Both the position numbers and the translations under genes were made by a program. From sequence record NZ_LC532224.1: 64,000 nt of DNA; one strand, written 5' to 3'. The notes beneath the pieces were generated by a model. It did no database searches. It was not told the DNA's origin and saw nothing but the letters and a program-made list of their open reading frames with translations. Every line of letters starts with the position of its first letter. Position 1 is the stretch's first letter. The stretch is from a plasmid. This document shows positions 1 through 10,100 of this stretch, in pieces.

Positions 1-794
1 GGGCAGCTACAGGCGGGGTTGTAGTTTTGACTGATCAGGCCAGGATCAGGAAGCTCCTGAGCCTGATCAGTACCAGAGAAATATGGGGTATTGGTCGAAA
101 GATTAGTGAACGCCTGTCGGCTTTCGGGATCATCACTGCCGGTGATTTTTATAATAGCGACGTTCGCTTTTTACGTAAAAGCTTTGGCGTTGAAATCGAG
201 CGTACCTGGCGGGAACTGCATGGCGAACCATGTTTCCGGCTGCACGAGTCTCCTCCTGTCAGGCAACAGATTATCGTTTCCAGAAGTTTTGGTCAGCGCC
301 TTAATGAGATAGGCAAGCTACATGAGGCAGTTTCATTTTTTACCGCCCGGGCGGCAGAGCAGCTGCGCAAGGATGGCTCGTGGACCCGTCAAATCACAGT
401 CTTCATTCAGAGTAGCAATTATGCGCAAGGTGAAAACCGCTACAGCAATTGTGGTATCGAGCCGCTTACCGCTACACAGGACACCCGCGATCTGGTTGAT
501 GCAGCCATGACCATCCTGAACCGCATTTACAGACCCGGGATAGCGTATGCGAAAGCAGGGGTAATGCTCTCCGCTATGACTGACGGCACAGAGCAACTCA
601 GCCTGTTTGATACTCGCCCGGCCAGGCCTGGCAGTCAGGCACTGATGAAAGTTATGGACCGGTTCAATAAAGAAAAGCGCGGAGCTCTGTTTTTACTGGG
701 GGAAGGCATTCAACAGGATTTTCGTATGAAGCAGGCCATGCTATCACCGAGATATACGACCCGCTGGGATGAATTACTCGTTGTAAAAGCGTAG
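1..794 (+). CDS. UmuC/MucB/ImpB-family translesion DNA polymerase (Pol V catalytic subunit), C-terminal part; 5' end lies outside the window (frame open from nt 3, so the listed start at 27 is not the real one)
   Basis: Translation resembles the C-terminal little-finger region of UmuC-family polymerases; reading frame is open to the window edge. Confidence 0.75.
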   Translation, partial: AATGGVVVLTDQARIRKLLSLISTREIWGIGRKISERLSAFGIITAGDFYNSDVRFLRKSFGVEIERTWRELHGEPCFRLHESPPVRQQIIVSRSFGQRLNEIGKLHEAVSFFTARAAEQLRKDGSWTRQITVFIQSSNYAQGENRYSNCGIEPLTATQDTRDLVDAAMTILNRIYRPGIAYAKAGVMLSAMTDGTEQLSLFDTRPARPGSQALMKVMDRFNKEKRGALFLLGEGIQQDFRMKQAMLSPRYTTRWDELLVVKA

Positions 795-796
795 CG

Positions 797-817
797 GCCA
801 TGACCGGCATGGCCGTA
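797..817. terminator. Hairpin between convergent umuC-like and dsbA-like genes (cggccatg-accgg-catggccg)
   Basis: 8-bp perfect stem seen directly in the sequence between two convergent stop codons. Confidence 0.35.
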
Positions 818-827
818 CTCATCAAAT

Positions 828-844
828 GTGAAAGTAACTTTAGG
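828..844. promoter_or_regulatory. Palindromic motif copy gtgAAAGTAACTTTagg
   Basis: Member of the recurrent GAAAAGTAACTTTTC family. Confidence 0.45.
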
Positions 845-1649
845 CCCCGCGAGCTTTTTCGATTGCGCCCTGCAAAGTTGCTGCGTCCATAGCCCCGGGG
901 ATAAATGTGGTAGTCGCCGCATTCGGCTTTTTCATATTCATAATGATGAAACCGGGTGTGCCGGTGATCCCGAGCGCTTCGCCCAGCTGCATATTGCCGG
1001 AGATCACGTTTTCATACCGGTTTTTTTCCCTGTCAGAAAACGTGCTGTTAAACCCTGACTTTTCCACCACAGTATTAAAGTCAGTGAGTTCGAATTTGCG
1101 TTGAGAGGTCATGAAGGTATGAGCCACAGCCATCAGGTTGTTGTGGTACTTACGATAGGCTTCAGCACCGAAATTCTGATAGACGTGCAGACCCGTAGCG
1201 GCCCCCATGGCAGATACAGGTTTTGAACCGGCAAAAATCGGGAATTCTTTAAAGAAGAATTTTACATCTTTGCTCTGATTCATTACCGATTCAACAACAG
1301 GTGTAACCCGCATGCAGTAAATACACTGATAGTCGAAGAACTCGATTACCGCGACGTCGGCGTCATCAGGGCCGATGTTTGGCGTCTCCTTGGTATCCAG
1401 CAGAGCTGGCGCATATGGAATTATTCGTTCCACTGAGGCACTCACGTTCTGATTTTCCAGCGCCTTACCTGCTTCCACTAAATAATGGGGATTTTTTACC
1501 AGGTAAGTAGCGGCAATTTTGCCAATTTCTTCCTCACTGAGCACCTTCGGTTTAAAATAAGTTGCCGTGATTAACGCCGAGGCAGCGGTAGCAATAACCG
1601 CAGAAATTAAAATCGTGGCCATCGGTTTTAAATAAAATTCTTTAGACAT
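840..1649 (-). CDS. DsbA-like thiol:disulfide oxidoreductase, membrane-anchored thioredoxin fold
   Basis: N-terminal hydrophobic anchor; CxxC active site CIYC; thioredoxin-like length and context next to conjugation genes. Confidence 0.65.
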   Translation of the reverse strand: MSKEFYLKPMATILISAVIATAASALITATYFKPKVLSEEEIGKIAATYLVKNPHYLVEAGKALENQNVSASVERIIPYAPALLDTKETPNIGPDDADVAVIEFFDYQCIYCMRVTPVVESVMNQSKDVKFFFKEFPIFAGSKPVSAMGAATGLHVYQNFGAEAYRKYHNNLMAVAHTFMTSQRKFELTDFNTVVEKSGFNSTFSDREKNRYENVISGNMQLGEALGITGTPGFIIMNMKKPNAATTTFIPGAMDAATLQGAIEKARGA

Positions 1650-1755
1650 AGCTACCTTTATGCTTTTCAGCCTGTTAGTTATTAACCTGCGATGGATTAT
1701 ACTGGCCCGGTAAATCGGAATTATTCGTGAAACAATGCTTTTTGGAGATTAAAGG

Positions 1756-2367
1756 ATGATTAGGCAGGGCTTTATACTCACAACCGCAATGCTTTTGAGT
1801 GGATGCGGATATCATTTCGCAAACCAGGTAGATGCGTACGATCTAATGCCTCGTCCTGTTACAAATAAAAGGTTTCAGATAGTCCCTCCGGACGAAAGTA
1901 TTCAGTCCAGAATGTTTTCAGGCCGTTTTGCTGATGGATTAGCAAAAAAAGGAGTCATTATTTCCACTCACCAGCCAGATTATGTGCTCAGGTTCCGAAT
2001 CAGCAGCTCACAGGAGAACATGCAGTATAGCGAGCAGCTTCTTACTGGGGTGACAGGCTACGTTGTAGATAAAAAGACAACGAGAACTGACAAGCATGGC
2101 GAATTGCATACTGACTATGACTACAAGCCAGTCGATGGGGTAATAGGCACTGAGACGATGTCGCAGATGCACTATATGCGACAGCTGGATGTCGAGGTAT
2201 ACCCGTCAGCGAAAGGAGCAAAGCAGGTTCTGAAAGTGAGTATGCAAAGCAATGCACCTGTGCCGTCAGACAGCATTGCTTATTCAGCAATGATCGACGC
2301 CTTTACTGATAAATTTGATGCGCCGCTGCGTTCCGGAAATTATGTTGCAGTGATCCCCTGGAACTGA
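1756..2367 (+). CDS. Lipoprotein (lipobox LLSGC)
   Basis: Signal peptide ending in LSGC; RBS ggag 9 nt upstream of ATG. Confidence 0.55.
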   Translation: MIRQGFILTTAMLLSGCGYHFANQVDAYDLMPRPVTNKRFQIVPPDESIQSRMFSGRFADGLAKKGVIISTHQPDYVLRFRISSSQENMQYSEQLLTGVTGYVVDKKTTRTDKHGELHTDYDYKPVDGVIGTETMSQMHYMRQLDVEVYPSAKGAKQVLKVSMQSNAPVPSDSIAYSAMIDAFTDKFDAPLRSGNYVAVIPWN

Positions 2368-2426
2368 AAGCAGACGGCGGGAAGAGAATGTTCAAAAGTG
2401 ACTTTTGGACACGCACATTAACGTGG

Positions 2427-2849
2427 CTATCGCCCTCCCCCATTAAAATCATAAAGTCGGTAAAGATCGCCCATCGTGATGGAATTGGGCTTATTAATGA
2501 ACAGATACTGTAACTGTTCTTTATGTTGAGTACTGGCAGCTGCATTCATAAGCACTTCCAGGTAGAACTTGTAGCCTATGCTTCGCTCTGAATACATATA
2601 CTGGAACTGCATCAGTAAAATGCCTGACATAACATACAACAGCAGCAGACTGAGTAATACAGTGCTATCAGGCTGTTCCAGTGCCATACTGACATACCCT
2701 GAACCCAGAATGCACAGAAGCCACCCCGTCATTAGAGCAGGCACCCTACGACTCAGACGTTTATAACAACGTTTTATTACGGGATCCCGGAGATACTTTT
2801 TGTCAGGTATCCCCGTTGCTCTGATGACGAAGCTACTGAGTATCGACAT
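2427..2849 (-). CDS. Hypothetical membrane protein
   Basis: ORF with two or three hydrophobic segments; no recognisable domain. Confidence 0.3.
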   Translation of the reverse strand: MSILSSFVIRATGIPDKKYLRDPVIKRCYKRLSRRVPALMTGWLLCILGSGYVSMALEQPDSTVLLSLLLLYVMSGILLMQFQYMYSERSIGYKFYLEVLMNAAASTQHKEQLQYLFINKPNSITMGDLYRLYDFNGGGR

Positions 2850-2882
2850 CTTTTTTCCTTCTGGACGCTCTCAGTCAATAAA

Positions 2883-3281
2883 TCAGGCCAGGCGCTCATT
2901 GAAAGCTACCACGAGCTGCGAATCGGGATTTTTTACCAGTTCGGGCCGGATAACTTTTAGTTGCCTCGTTGGGGCGAGCTCATCTGTAGGCCTGATGGTG
3001 GTATTACCCGGCCCCTTGCGGGTACTGTCGGTGTTTACCTTGAGCTTTTTATTTCCCAGGTAGCTTTCCATCTTTTTAGAGATGGTGTCACCTGTGGTCG
3101 CAACACCAGAGAGTTCCTTTAGATGTTCACCTTTATCCATTTGTACCGATGACATCAGAAATCCGATTCCGGGATCGTTTTCCGTTCCACAGGCTCCGTA
3201 CTGACATTGTGCAGCGAAAACGGGCTGTACACCTACAGCAACCAGCATTAACGTACTCAGTAAAGTAGATTTCATACACAC
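2883..3281 (-). CDS. Small secreted Cys-containing protein
   Basis: Signal peptide (MKSTLLSTLMLVAVGVQPVFA), CQYGACG motif; co-oriented with the DsbC-like gene. Confidence 0.45.
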   Translation of the reverse strand: MCMKSTLLSTLMLVAVGVQPVFAAQCQYGACGTENDPGIGFLMSSVQMDKGEHLKELSGVATTGDTISKKMESYLGNKKLKVNTDSTRKGPGNTTIRPTDELAPTRQLKVIRPELVKNPDSQLVVAFNERLA

Positions 3282-3292
3282 CTCTTACAGTC

Positions 3293-3310
3293 GGAAAAGT
3301 TACTTTTGCG
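3293..3310. promoter_or_regulatory. Palindromic motif copy ggAAAAGTTACTTTTgcg (upstream of 2883-3281)
   Basis: Motif family member. Confidence 0.45.
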
Positions 3311-4049
3311 CAGCGCCCATTTGGGTCACCAGGTTTTCCGGGCTCAGCCACCCCGTAAATAACTGCGGTTTGCCGCTTAGTGTCACCATGGTAGGAGTAC
3401 CTTGCAGCGGGATTGTTGAGGCCACCTGGAAATGCGATTTGATAATGTTTAAGCAAGCCTCATCAGGACGTCCTTCCGGGATAGTTGAAACCGGATTCAT
3501 CGCTGCATCCAGAGCTTCGTTTGGCTTTGCTGAACACCAGATTTTGGCCATGTTCCCGGCTACTACCGAGTTCAGTCCTGCACGTGGGAATGCAAGAAAC
3601 TTAATCGAAATACCGGCATCAAGATAAGACTTCAGATCATGATGCAGTTTTTGGCAGTATCCACAGGTTATATCGGTAAAGATAGCAAGCCGGTATTTTT
3701 CGTTTGGTGATTTGTAGTCGATGGATTTTGTTTTGGATGCGAATTCCCGGACGCCCATTAAAATGGCCTGCTCAGTGGTGTTTACCACATCTTTACCTTT
3801 CACGTGGAATAAGCTTCCGGTAAAAATGTAATCTCCGTCTTTGCTCACGTAACTTACCCCCTCCCTGGAAATCACCGTAAAAATATCTTTTACTGGCGAG
3901 GGTTCGACGTGCTCGATTGAAAGCCCAATGGCTTTGAGCTTATCCCGGGCTGCATCTGGCAGTACCATTGTATTAACCGGCTCGGCATTCATCGTGAAGG
4001 CGGTACTTAATGAAAGAAGTAATACCGATGCCTTAATAATTTTTTTCAT
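3300..4049 (-). CDS. DsbC/TrbB-like periplasmic disulfide isomerase of conjugation systems
   Basis: Signal peptide; CGYC active site; size and fold typical of DsbC-like proteins encoded in F-type/H-type transfer regions. Confidence 0.7.
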   Translation of the reverse strand: MKKIIKASVLLLSLSTAFTMNAEPVNTMVLPDAARDKLKAIGLSIEHVEPSPVKDIFTVISREGVSYVSKDGDYIFTGSLFHVKGKDVVNTTEQAILMGVREFASKTKSIDYKSPNEKYRLAIFTDITCGYCQKLHHDLKSYLDAGISIKFLAFPRAGLNSVVAGNMAKIWCSAKPNEALDAAMNPVSTIPEGRPDEACLNIIKSHFQVASTIPLQGTPTMVTLSGKPQLFTGWLSPENLVTQMGAAQK

Positions 4050-4196
4050 TTCCGCTCCTTAAATCGAGCACTAATATTATCACGCCCCAAAATTCCAGAA
4101 TTTTGCTTAAACGCTTAAATCAACGGGTAAAGCCGAAAGAAAGTCGATAGATATATGGGAGAATAGATAAAACGTAGATTCAGTGGAGAAATCGTT

Positions 4197-4736
4197 GTGT
4201 TTACACCACCAGCAGATGATGTGAAACCTATTCCCGTTCCTGATGAGATTTACACTCAGTGCATTACGGATGCCGCCCGCTACTTCGGAATTGATGCTGA
4301 ACTGGTTTTTACGTTGTTTGACAATGAAGGCGGTAAGGTTGGTACTTTCAGCAGGAATACTAACGGCACTTATGATATTGGCCCAATGCAGATCAACTCA
4401 TCCAATCTACCTGAAATAAAAAAGCATTTCCCGACGGTAACGTGGCGGGTTCTGGCTTACGATGCTTGCGCAAGTTTCTGGGTTGGAACATGGTGGCTCT
4501 ATAGAAAAATTGTTGATCGCAAGGGCAATGTGTTTGAAGGGATTGCAGATTACAACAGCAAAACCCCAAAGGTACGTGCAAAGTACATATTTAACTTCAT
4601 GGTAAAGTACAATCGCCGGATCCAGCAGCGTAACGGGATGGGTGAGCTTTATCAATGGACCCAGCAACCTCCTCGATACAATGGCCATATAGCTAAAAAT
4701 GTCCCGGAGCAAAACCCGACTCCTGTTGTTAAATAA
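4197..4736 (+). CDS. Lytic transglycosylase (SLT domain), T4SS-associated (VirB1/P19-like); GTG start
   Basis: GPMQIN-type SLT motif; small periplasmic enzyme typical of conjugative systems. Confidence 0.6.
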   Translation: MFTPPADDVKPIPVPDEIYTQCITDAARYFGIDAELVFTLFDNEGGKVGTFSRNTNGTYDIGPMQINSSNLPEIKKHFPTVTWRVLAYDACASFWVGTWWLYRKIVDRKGNVFEGIADYNSKTPKVRAKYIFNFMVKYNRRIQQRNGMGELYQWTQQPPRYNGHIAKNVPEQNPTPVVK

Positions 4737-4818
4737 ATACAACCCGATATTACAGAAGATCATCGAGTGGCTTGGGTAAACCACCACAAATATTTCACAC
4801 TGACTCAGGAGTAATATA

Positions 4819-5376
4819 TTGTCTTCTTCTGCAAGAAATTTATTTAAGATTCTCTCTTCTTTCTTGATCCAGAAAAACCCTCATCATGAAGAAGTATGTG
4901 TTCATGAAGAAACAACAGCTGGTTTATGGGCCCCTCTCCCTGATTCGCATGTCGTGCTTTTCTTAGATTTCGATGGGGTTTGCCACAGGTGTAAAAATGA
5001 AACCTTTGAGCGAATGCCACTGTTAGAGAAATTGCTGGATAACTGCCCTGCCATGGTGATTGTTATCTCCAGCTCATGGCGTGAGTGCGCTAATACAAGT
5101 TATCTGAAATCTCTGTTCCGGGTGCCTTATAGAGACAAAATCATAGGTGCAACCGGTTCGGTATATTTAAAACACGGACAGACTGGTGTGCGGGCTGCCG
5201 AGTGTGAGGACTTTGTCTTTTCACATCGAGTTAAAGCATTTATCTGCCTTGATGACGACGAATCATTATTTCCGGCCGGTTATCCGCATTTGCACAAAAC
5301 CGATTATTACACGGGCCTCACCGAATCTGACCTTGCAGCTCTTAACGCAAGGTACCATCAGCTCATGGGACGCTGA
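4819..5376 (+). CDS. Hypothetical protein with HAD-like DxDG motif (FLDFDGV); TTG start
   Basis: RBS aggag upstream of TTG; motif resembles HAD phosphatase motif I. Weak. Confidence 0.4.
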   Translation: MSSSARNLFKILSSFLIQKNPHHEEVCVHEETTAGLWAPLPDSHVVLFLDFDGVCHRCKNETFERMPLLEKLLDNCPAMVIVISSSWRECANTSYLKSLFRVPYRDKIIGATGSVYLKHGQTGVRAAECEDFVFSHRVKAFICLDDDESLFPAGYPHLHKTDYYTGLTESDLAALNARYHQLMGR

Positions 5377-5382
5377 TGAACA

Positions 5383-5395
5383 AAGTAACTTTCCT
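5383..5395. promoter_or_regulatory. Palindromic motif copy AAAGTAACTTTcc (upstream of the HNH nuclease gene)
   Basis: Motif family member. Confidence 0.4.
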
Positions 5396-5499
5396 TTTAC
5401 CCTGTCACTGCTGATCTCGTACGCCCATCCACTTTAGGATTGATTGTTTTATACCATACGCAATAATGTCTCATATGAATTCGACAAGAAAGGGACATT

Positions 5500-6561
5500 A
5501 TGCTGCATCACTGTCAGGCTAAGTCACTGGATGACATATACCTTGAGGATATTCCCCACATCATACATCCGGCCACGGCGGTACATGACCTCGAAGATAC
5601 CGCCCTGCCAAACCGGATTATTCAGGAATGGAATTTACCGCAGGGATATACACAGTTTGTCAGCCGGTATCACCAGTTCCACCATCAACGCCCCTGGCTC
5701 GCTTACCGCGATACGCTTGACGACATCAGATACGGTAAGATCGTTCTGCTTAGAAAAGACATAACCGGCAATGCCGGGCCGGGGGTTATATCAAATGGCA
5801 ACCTACGCAATGACCTGCCCCTGTCCCTCTTTACCCGTCTGCGCGATATCATCTCTCGTCAGTTGAAACGCCCGGGGTATTACGTTCGATCAACGACACC
5901 AGCACAGCACGCCCAATCAACAAAAACCATTAATTCCAAAGCGGCTGGTCGTCTTCTCGCAGCTGGCGGGCTTTATAATGGAAATGTGGAGGGATTTCGA
6001 CATACGGCTGAACAACTTGGCGGCGAAGCTGTTGAAGGCTATGACCAGGTATTGAACGAAACAACTTCAGGTATGCTGGTTGCAGCGGCTTCACTTCTGG
6101 TTATCCGAAATCCAAGGTCTGCGGATGAATTGACAAGTTATCTCGGCAAGTACAAAAAAGCACACGTTTTGCTCGATGATATGAATGTTAGCGAATTGAA
6201 CTACATGCGCCGAGACAGAGCTGAATATTTAGCTCTCCGTGGACAATTCAACAATACTGTACGCCCTAACTTCCTTAAATCACTTTCAGACCACCCAGAT
6301 GCCCTGGCTACGTTTGAACCTAACGATTTGATGAAACTTGCAACAGGCAAGGTCCCCTCTGGGTGGCAGGTTCACCACAAGATCCCTCTTGATGATGGTG
6401 GCACAAACGCTATAGACAACCTGGTACTTATTCAGAATTCACCATACCATTCAGCACTGTCGAAAGCACAATCCATCATTACGAAGGATCTACCGTATAA
6501 TTCAAGCACCAAAGTTCTATGGCCATCGCCGAACGGTGTTATCTACCCGGTAGGAAAGTAA
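5500..6561 (+). CDS. HNH/colicin-DNase-type nuclease domain protein; C-terminal motif WQVHHKIPLDDGGTNAIDNLVLIQNSPYH
   Basis: C-terminal 60 aa match the HH...GG...N...N...H pattern of colicin E9/pyocin-type HNH DNases and WHH-type polymorphic toxin domains; no delivery domain. Confidence 0.5.
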   Translation: MLHHCQAKSLDDIYLEDIPHIIHPATAVHDLEDTALPNRIIQEWNLPQGYTQFVSRYHQFHHQRPWLAYRDTLDDIRYGKIVLLRKDITGNAGPGVISNGNLRNDLPLSLFTRLRDIISRQLKRPGYYVRSTTPAQHAQSTKTINSKAAGRLLAAGGLYNGNVEGFRHTAEQLGGEAVEGYDQVLNETTSGMLVAAASLLVIRNPRSADELTSYLGKYKKAHVLLDDMNVSELNYMRRDRAEYLALRGQFNNTVRPNFLKSLSDHPDALATFEPNDLMKLATGKVPSGWQVHHKIPLDDGGTNAIDNLVLIQNSPYHSALSKAQSIITKDLPYNSSTKVLWPSPNGVIYPVGK

Positions 6562-6570
6562 GAGGCGCTC

Positions 6571-7077
6571 ATGAAAGATTTAACTCAACTACTCAGCAGC
6601 TTAAAGAGGTTGATGGTTGCAGATCACTACCCTTTAGCCAGCCCGGTAGCCCCGGAAGTCTTGAAAGACTTAATCTGCAATCCGCCTCCAGTGGAGTGGG
6701 CAGATCACAAAAAGAGCGCCTATATAGATATACAGAAACTCATTAAAACCAGGCTTGATTATGCCCAAGTGTTTAATGCTATGGATGGTTTTGAGTACAA
6801 CGGACTTACGTTTTATAACCTTGTTCAGGCAGAGAACGAAAATCTATTGTGGTCAAATATTTACATACGCAACTTTGAAGCACGAGACAATGAAATCTAC
6901 GTTGACCCAAATCTCACTGATAAGGTGTTAATCGGAGAAGATGGCATGTCACTTTTCGCTTATAGTTTTGCAGACGACTGCTTTCAGATAAGAGACAAAG
7001 CATCTACTGATTATGTTATTGAATCTCATACAGAGTTTGATAGATTTTTGTCTTCACTGATTCAAACCGTCAGTTGA
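6571..7077 (+). CDS. Hypothetical protein immediately downstream of the HNH nuclease (candidate immunity protein)
   Basis: 10-bp spacing from the nuclease stop, own RBS; acidic small protein. Position is the only evidence. Confidence 0.35.
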   Translation: MKDLTQLLSSLKRLMVADHYPLASPVAPEVLKDLICNPPPVEWADHKKSAYIDIQKLIKTRLDYAQVFNAMDGFEYNGLTFYNLVQAENENLLWSNIYIRNFEARDNEIYVDPNLTDKVLIGEDGMSLFAYSFADDCFQIRDKASTDYVIESHTEFDRFLSSLIQTVS

Positions 7078-7105
7078 ATGTTCCGCAAGAGCGGTACTTC
7101 TGAAA

Positions 7106-7136
7106 AAAAGGCCGCAAACACATACTTTGCGGCCTT
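7106..7136. terminator. Bidirectional hairpin (aaggccgcaaa-cacatac-tttgcggcctt) between convergent genes
   Basis: 11-bp perfect stem read directly; lies between the 6571-7077(+) stop and traG(-) stop. Confidence 0.5.
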
Positions 7137-7199
7137 AATTGTTTAGCAGTAATTTACAATCTATTGATAGTCATTTCAGGAGGTTATATTCAACCTCCC

Positions 7200-10100
7200 T
7201 TATTTTTTATTTTCATTAAGCCACTGATCCGCTTTATCGACACGTGACTGGTAAGGCTCATTTGTGTTGCTCAGCTCTGACTTCATGTACTGAATGAATT
7301 CATCTGCTTTCTGAGGCCCAAAGCGTGGGTCATCCGTCAATTGCTGCCGGATAGCCCTTTCAGAGTTCTGCGCTGCATTCGCATAAGTCGAAACGCCGTC
7401 GCTGCTAATACTCTGATACCGGTCACTTACAGCTGCGACGCCATCAGACATCTGCATGTGATTAAGGACTTTACCCTGGAGAGAATCAGGCATATTTGCA
7501 GGGTTAGAGGCATCATTTGCTATCGATGTCTGGGTTTGAAGGATGCCCGCTCCCGTAAGCATCTCATTTACCGGTTTCGCCCCAACGCTGGTTAGCGTAT
7601 CCGAAACAAATTGCTGGCCCCCGAGTAGCGCACCAGAAATCGCGCCCCGCTCAGTGTTGGCCTCTATCTTTTCCCCAACCAAGCGATCTGTGACGGTCTG
7701 AGTGCGGTTACCAACGAGACCACCGCCCGACCCACCTTCTCCCAGGTTTGCCCGTACGACTGACTCAAGTGAACCATCAGCTCTGTTATGAGTGTTGAAA
7801 CTGCTATGGATGCTCTTAACGTCATTCATACTCCAGTTAACGTTATAGTTACCCAGTTCATTAAGGATCTTCTGGGTATCCGCTTTGAGCTGCTCTCTTT
7901 CGGCACCGGTAGCCATGGTGCTGGCACCATAGGTAAAGACAGCTTGCTGTGCCAATTCAGCTCGCTTATCGTCCCGGCTTAAGTTCGGGTTGTTGGCAAC
8001 ACGACTAAAGTAGTTATCAGTGTTATTAGATAAGCCACGAACTTGCCCGCTCTGATACATACTGTTCAAAGCAGTGGCTCGTTGATCCATTCCATCACCA
8101 ACCACCCGACCTCCAACCTTTTCCAGATCGTTAAATGTGCCTTCTGCATTTCTGACATCCTGACCCGAATTGACGACTTTCTCTACACCCTGATTATTCA
8201 GTACAGGTCCATTCTTTTCGAGAGAATTAAGCACATTCCTTTCTTCATCAGAATAAGTGCGGCCCACGTTGTTGTTATGTATTCCCTGAATATCGCCTTT
8301 GCCCGCGTTATCAAGGTTATACGGAGTAAAGCCAGCTTCACTTTTTCCAGGGACATGCTGTGTCGCGTCCTGAGCGTTGGAGGAAAGACCGAGTTTAGCC
8401 TGCGAATCTACACTTCCACCCAGTTCCCCTACGCGTGACGCACTCATCACGCCAGACGTATTTACGCTGTCAGGAGTTCTATCCTGTGCCTGAGTGATAG
8501 TATTAATTCCTGACCCGTCACCTGAAATTCTGTCGAGCTGATTGGTGATAGGTAGCAGCTGCTGTGCATTACCACCGAAGTCGGAAACCAGACTTTTAAG
8601 CAGGCTGGAGGTTTCACGGAGATCCTGTTTATTACTTTCGGCCGTCTCTCCCCGGGCGGTATCAATCGCAATTTTTTGCTCACTGAAATCTCGGGTTGCA
8701 GCCACAAGCGCGTCAGTACGTTGAAGCTGCGATCCAAGCTGATTACTGGCCTTGAAGGTATCGTTATAGGAGTTGAATTTCTCCATAAACGCATTCTCAT
8801 CCAGCCCATTCTTACGAGCAAAATTCCTTACATCATCATCACTGAAGTTTTTGTTGCGAATAGAATCGGAGAACCTGTCCAGGTTAATGCTTTGTTTAGA
8901 ATCAAGGCTCATTCCACTATTGGAGCTTGCGTTAGTCGAAACCGATGTAGAAATATTTTGCGCCATCGTCTGTGTCGCCTGGTTCATTTTCGACGATGCT
9001 TCTTTAAACGCATTAGTATTGGATATCTGATCGCTGCTTACCTGAGACGCCGCTTTACTGAACTGGTCAGTTAACGCAGAATCCTGGCTAAGCTGATTCG
9101 TGATTGCTTTTGAAAGGTCATTTGAAAGCGAGTCACTGCCTGTATTGGTCTTAGATGCACCGCTACTCAATTGCCCTGCTACAGCCGCTTTCAGCCCGGC
9201 TCCATTGCCAGTTCCAACACCTCCATTAAGCCCAGCGTTGAGAATAACATTTGAAGCAATGCTGGCCATCTGAGACGCACTCACCCCATGTTTCGTTGCA
9301 ATACCTTCTGCTACAGAGGCACCAATCTTATCCGAGATCTGCTTCATTGTTTGCAGGTTGGTTGAGAACTGCTGGCTCGACTGTCCTGACCTTCCAATTT
9401 CGCTCATCTGACTGTAACCAGCCTGGAATGAATTACTTGCCGCACTCATAACTGATGAGGTTACAGCTGATCCTTGTCCCTGGCTGTTAGCGATACTTGA
9501 ACCAGCATTCCACATTCCAAGACGGAAATTACTTGAATCAACTGCGCCGCCATCGCTGTATCCCTGACCGGTACTGGTTAAGGCGGTTCGTGTCACGTCA
9601 CCAAATGAAGATTTACCGCTGTTAGGGCCATCCCATACTTTGGGCGTTACATGACCAGTATCCACCGGCGCATCGGGGGTCACTCCCTTAACCGCATTCA
9701 TCATCGGGTGAATCGACTGTGTCATCAGGAATAATGTGAGTACCGGAATCAGAGCATAGAGGGCGGAAGCAACAGACAGGTATGAACTGTATGTTTCCGC
9801 AAGCCCTGGGAGTCCCATCCACGTGACGGCATTATTCTGGCTGTTGAGGGTGCTCCAGGTATCCAAGTCGGCCGTCGCGACTTTCTTCACATACGCGTTG
9901 ACCATTACTGCCGTAAGCGGCCACATATTCACGAAGAGGATAAGTTGCAAATATTTCGCCGCAGCGGCAACACCATTACCACCTAACGCCAGCAGCATAA
10001 GCAAAGCAAATGGAGCAACCATATAAGCAAACATTTCAAGGAATGCGATTGCTGCTCCCGACAGTTGTAACCACAACTGGCCCTGTGAAGCCATTGTGTT

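Noticed and set aside
5444-5764. 106-aa ORF overlapping the start of the HNH nuclease gene in another frame
   Set aside because: It is an out-of-frame overlap with a longer ORF that carries a recognisable domain.
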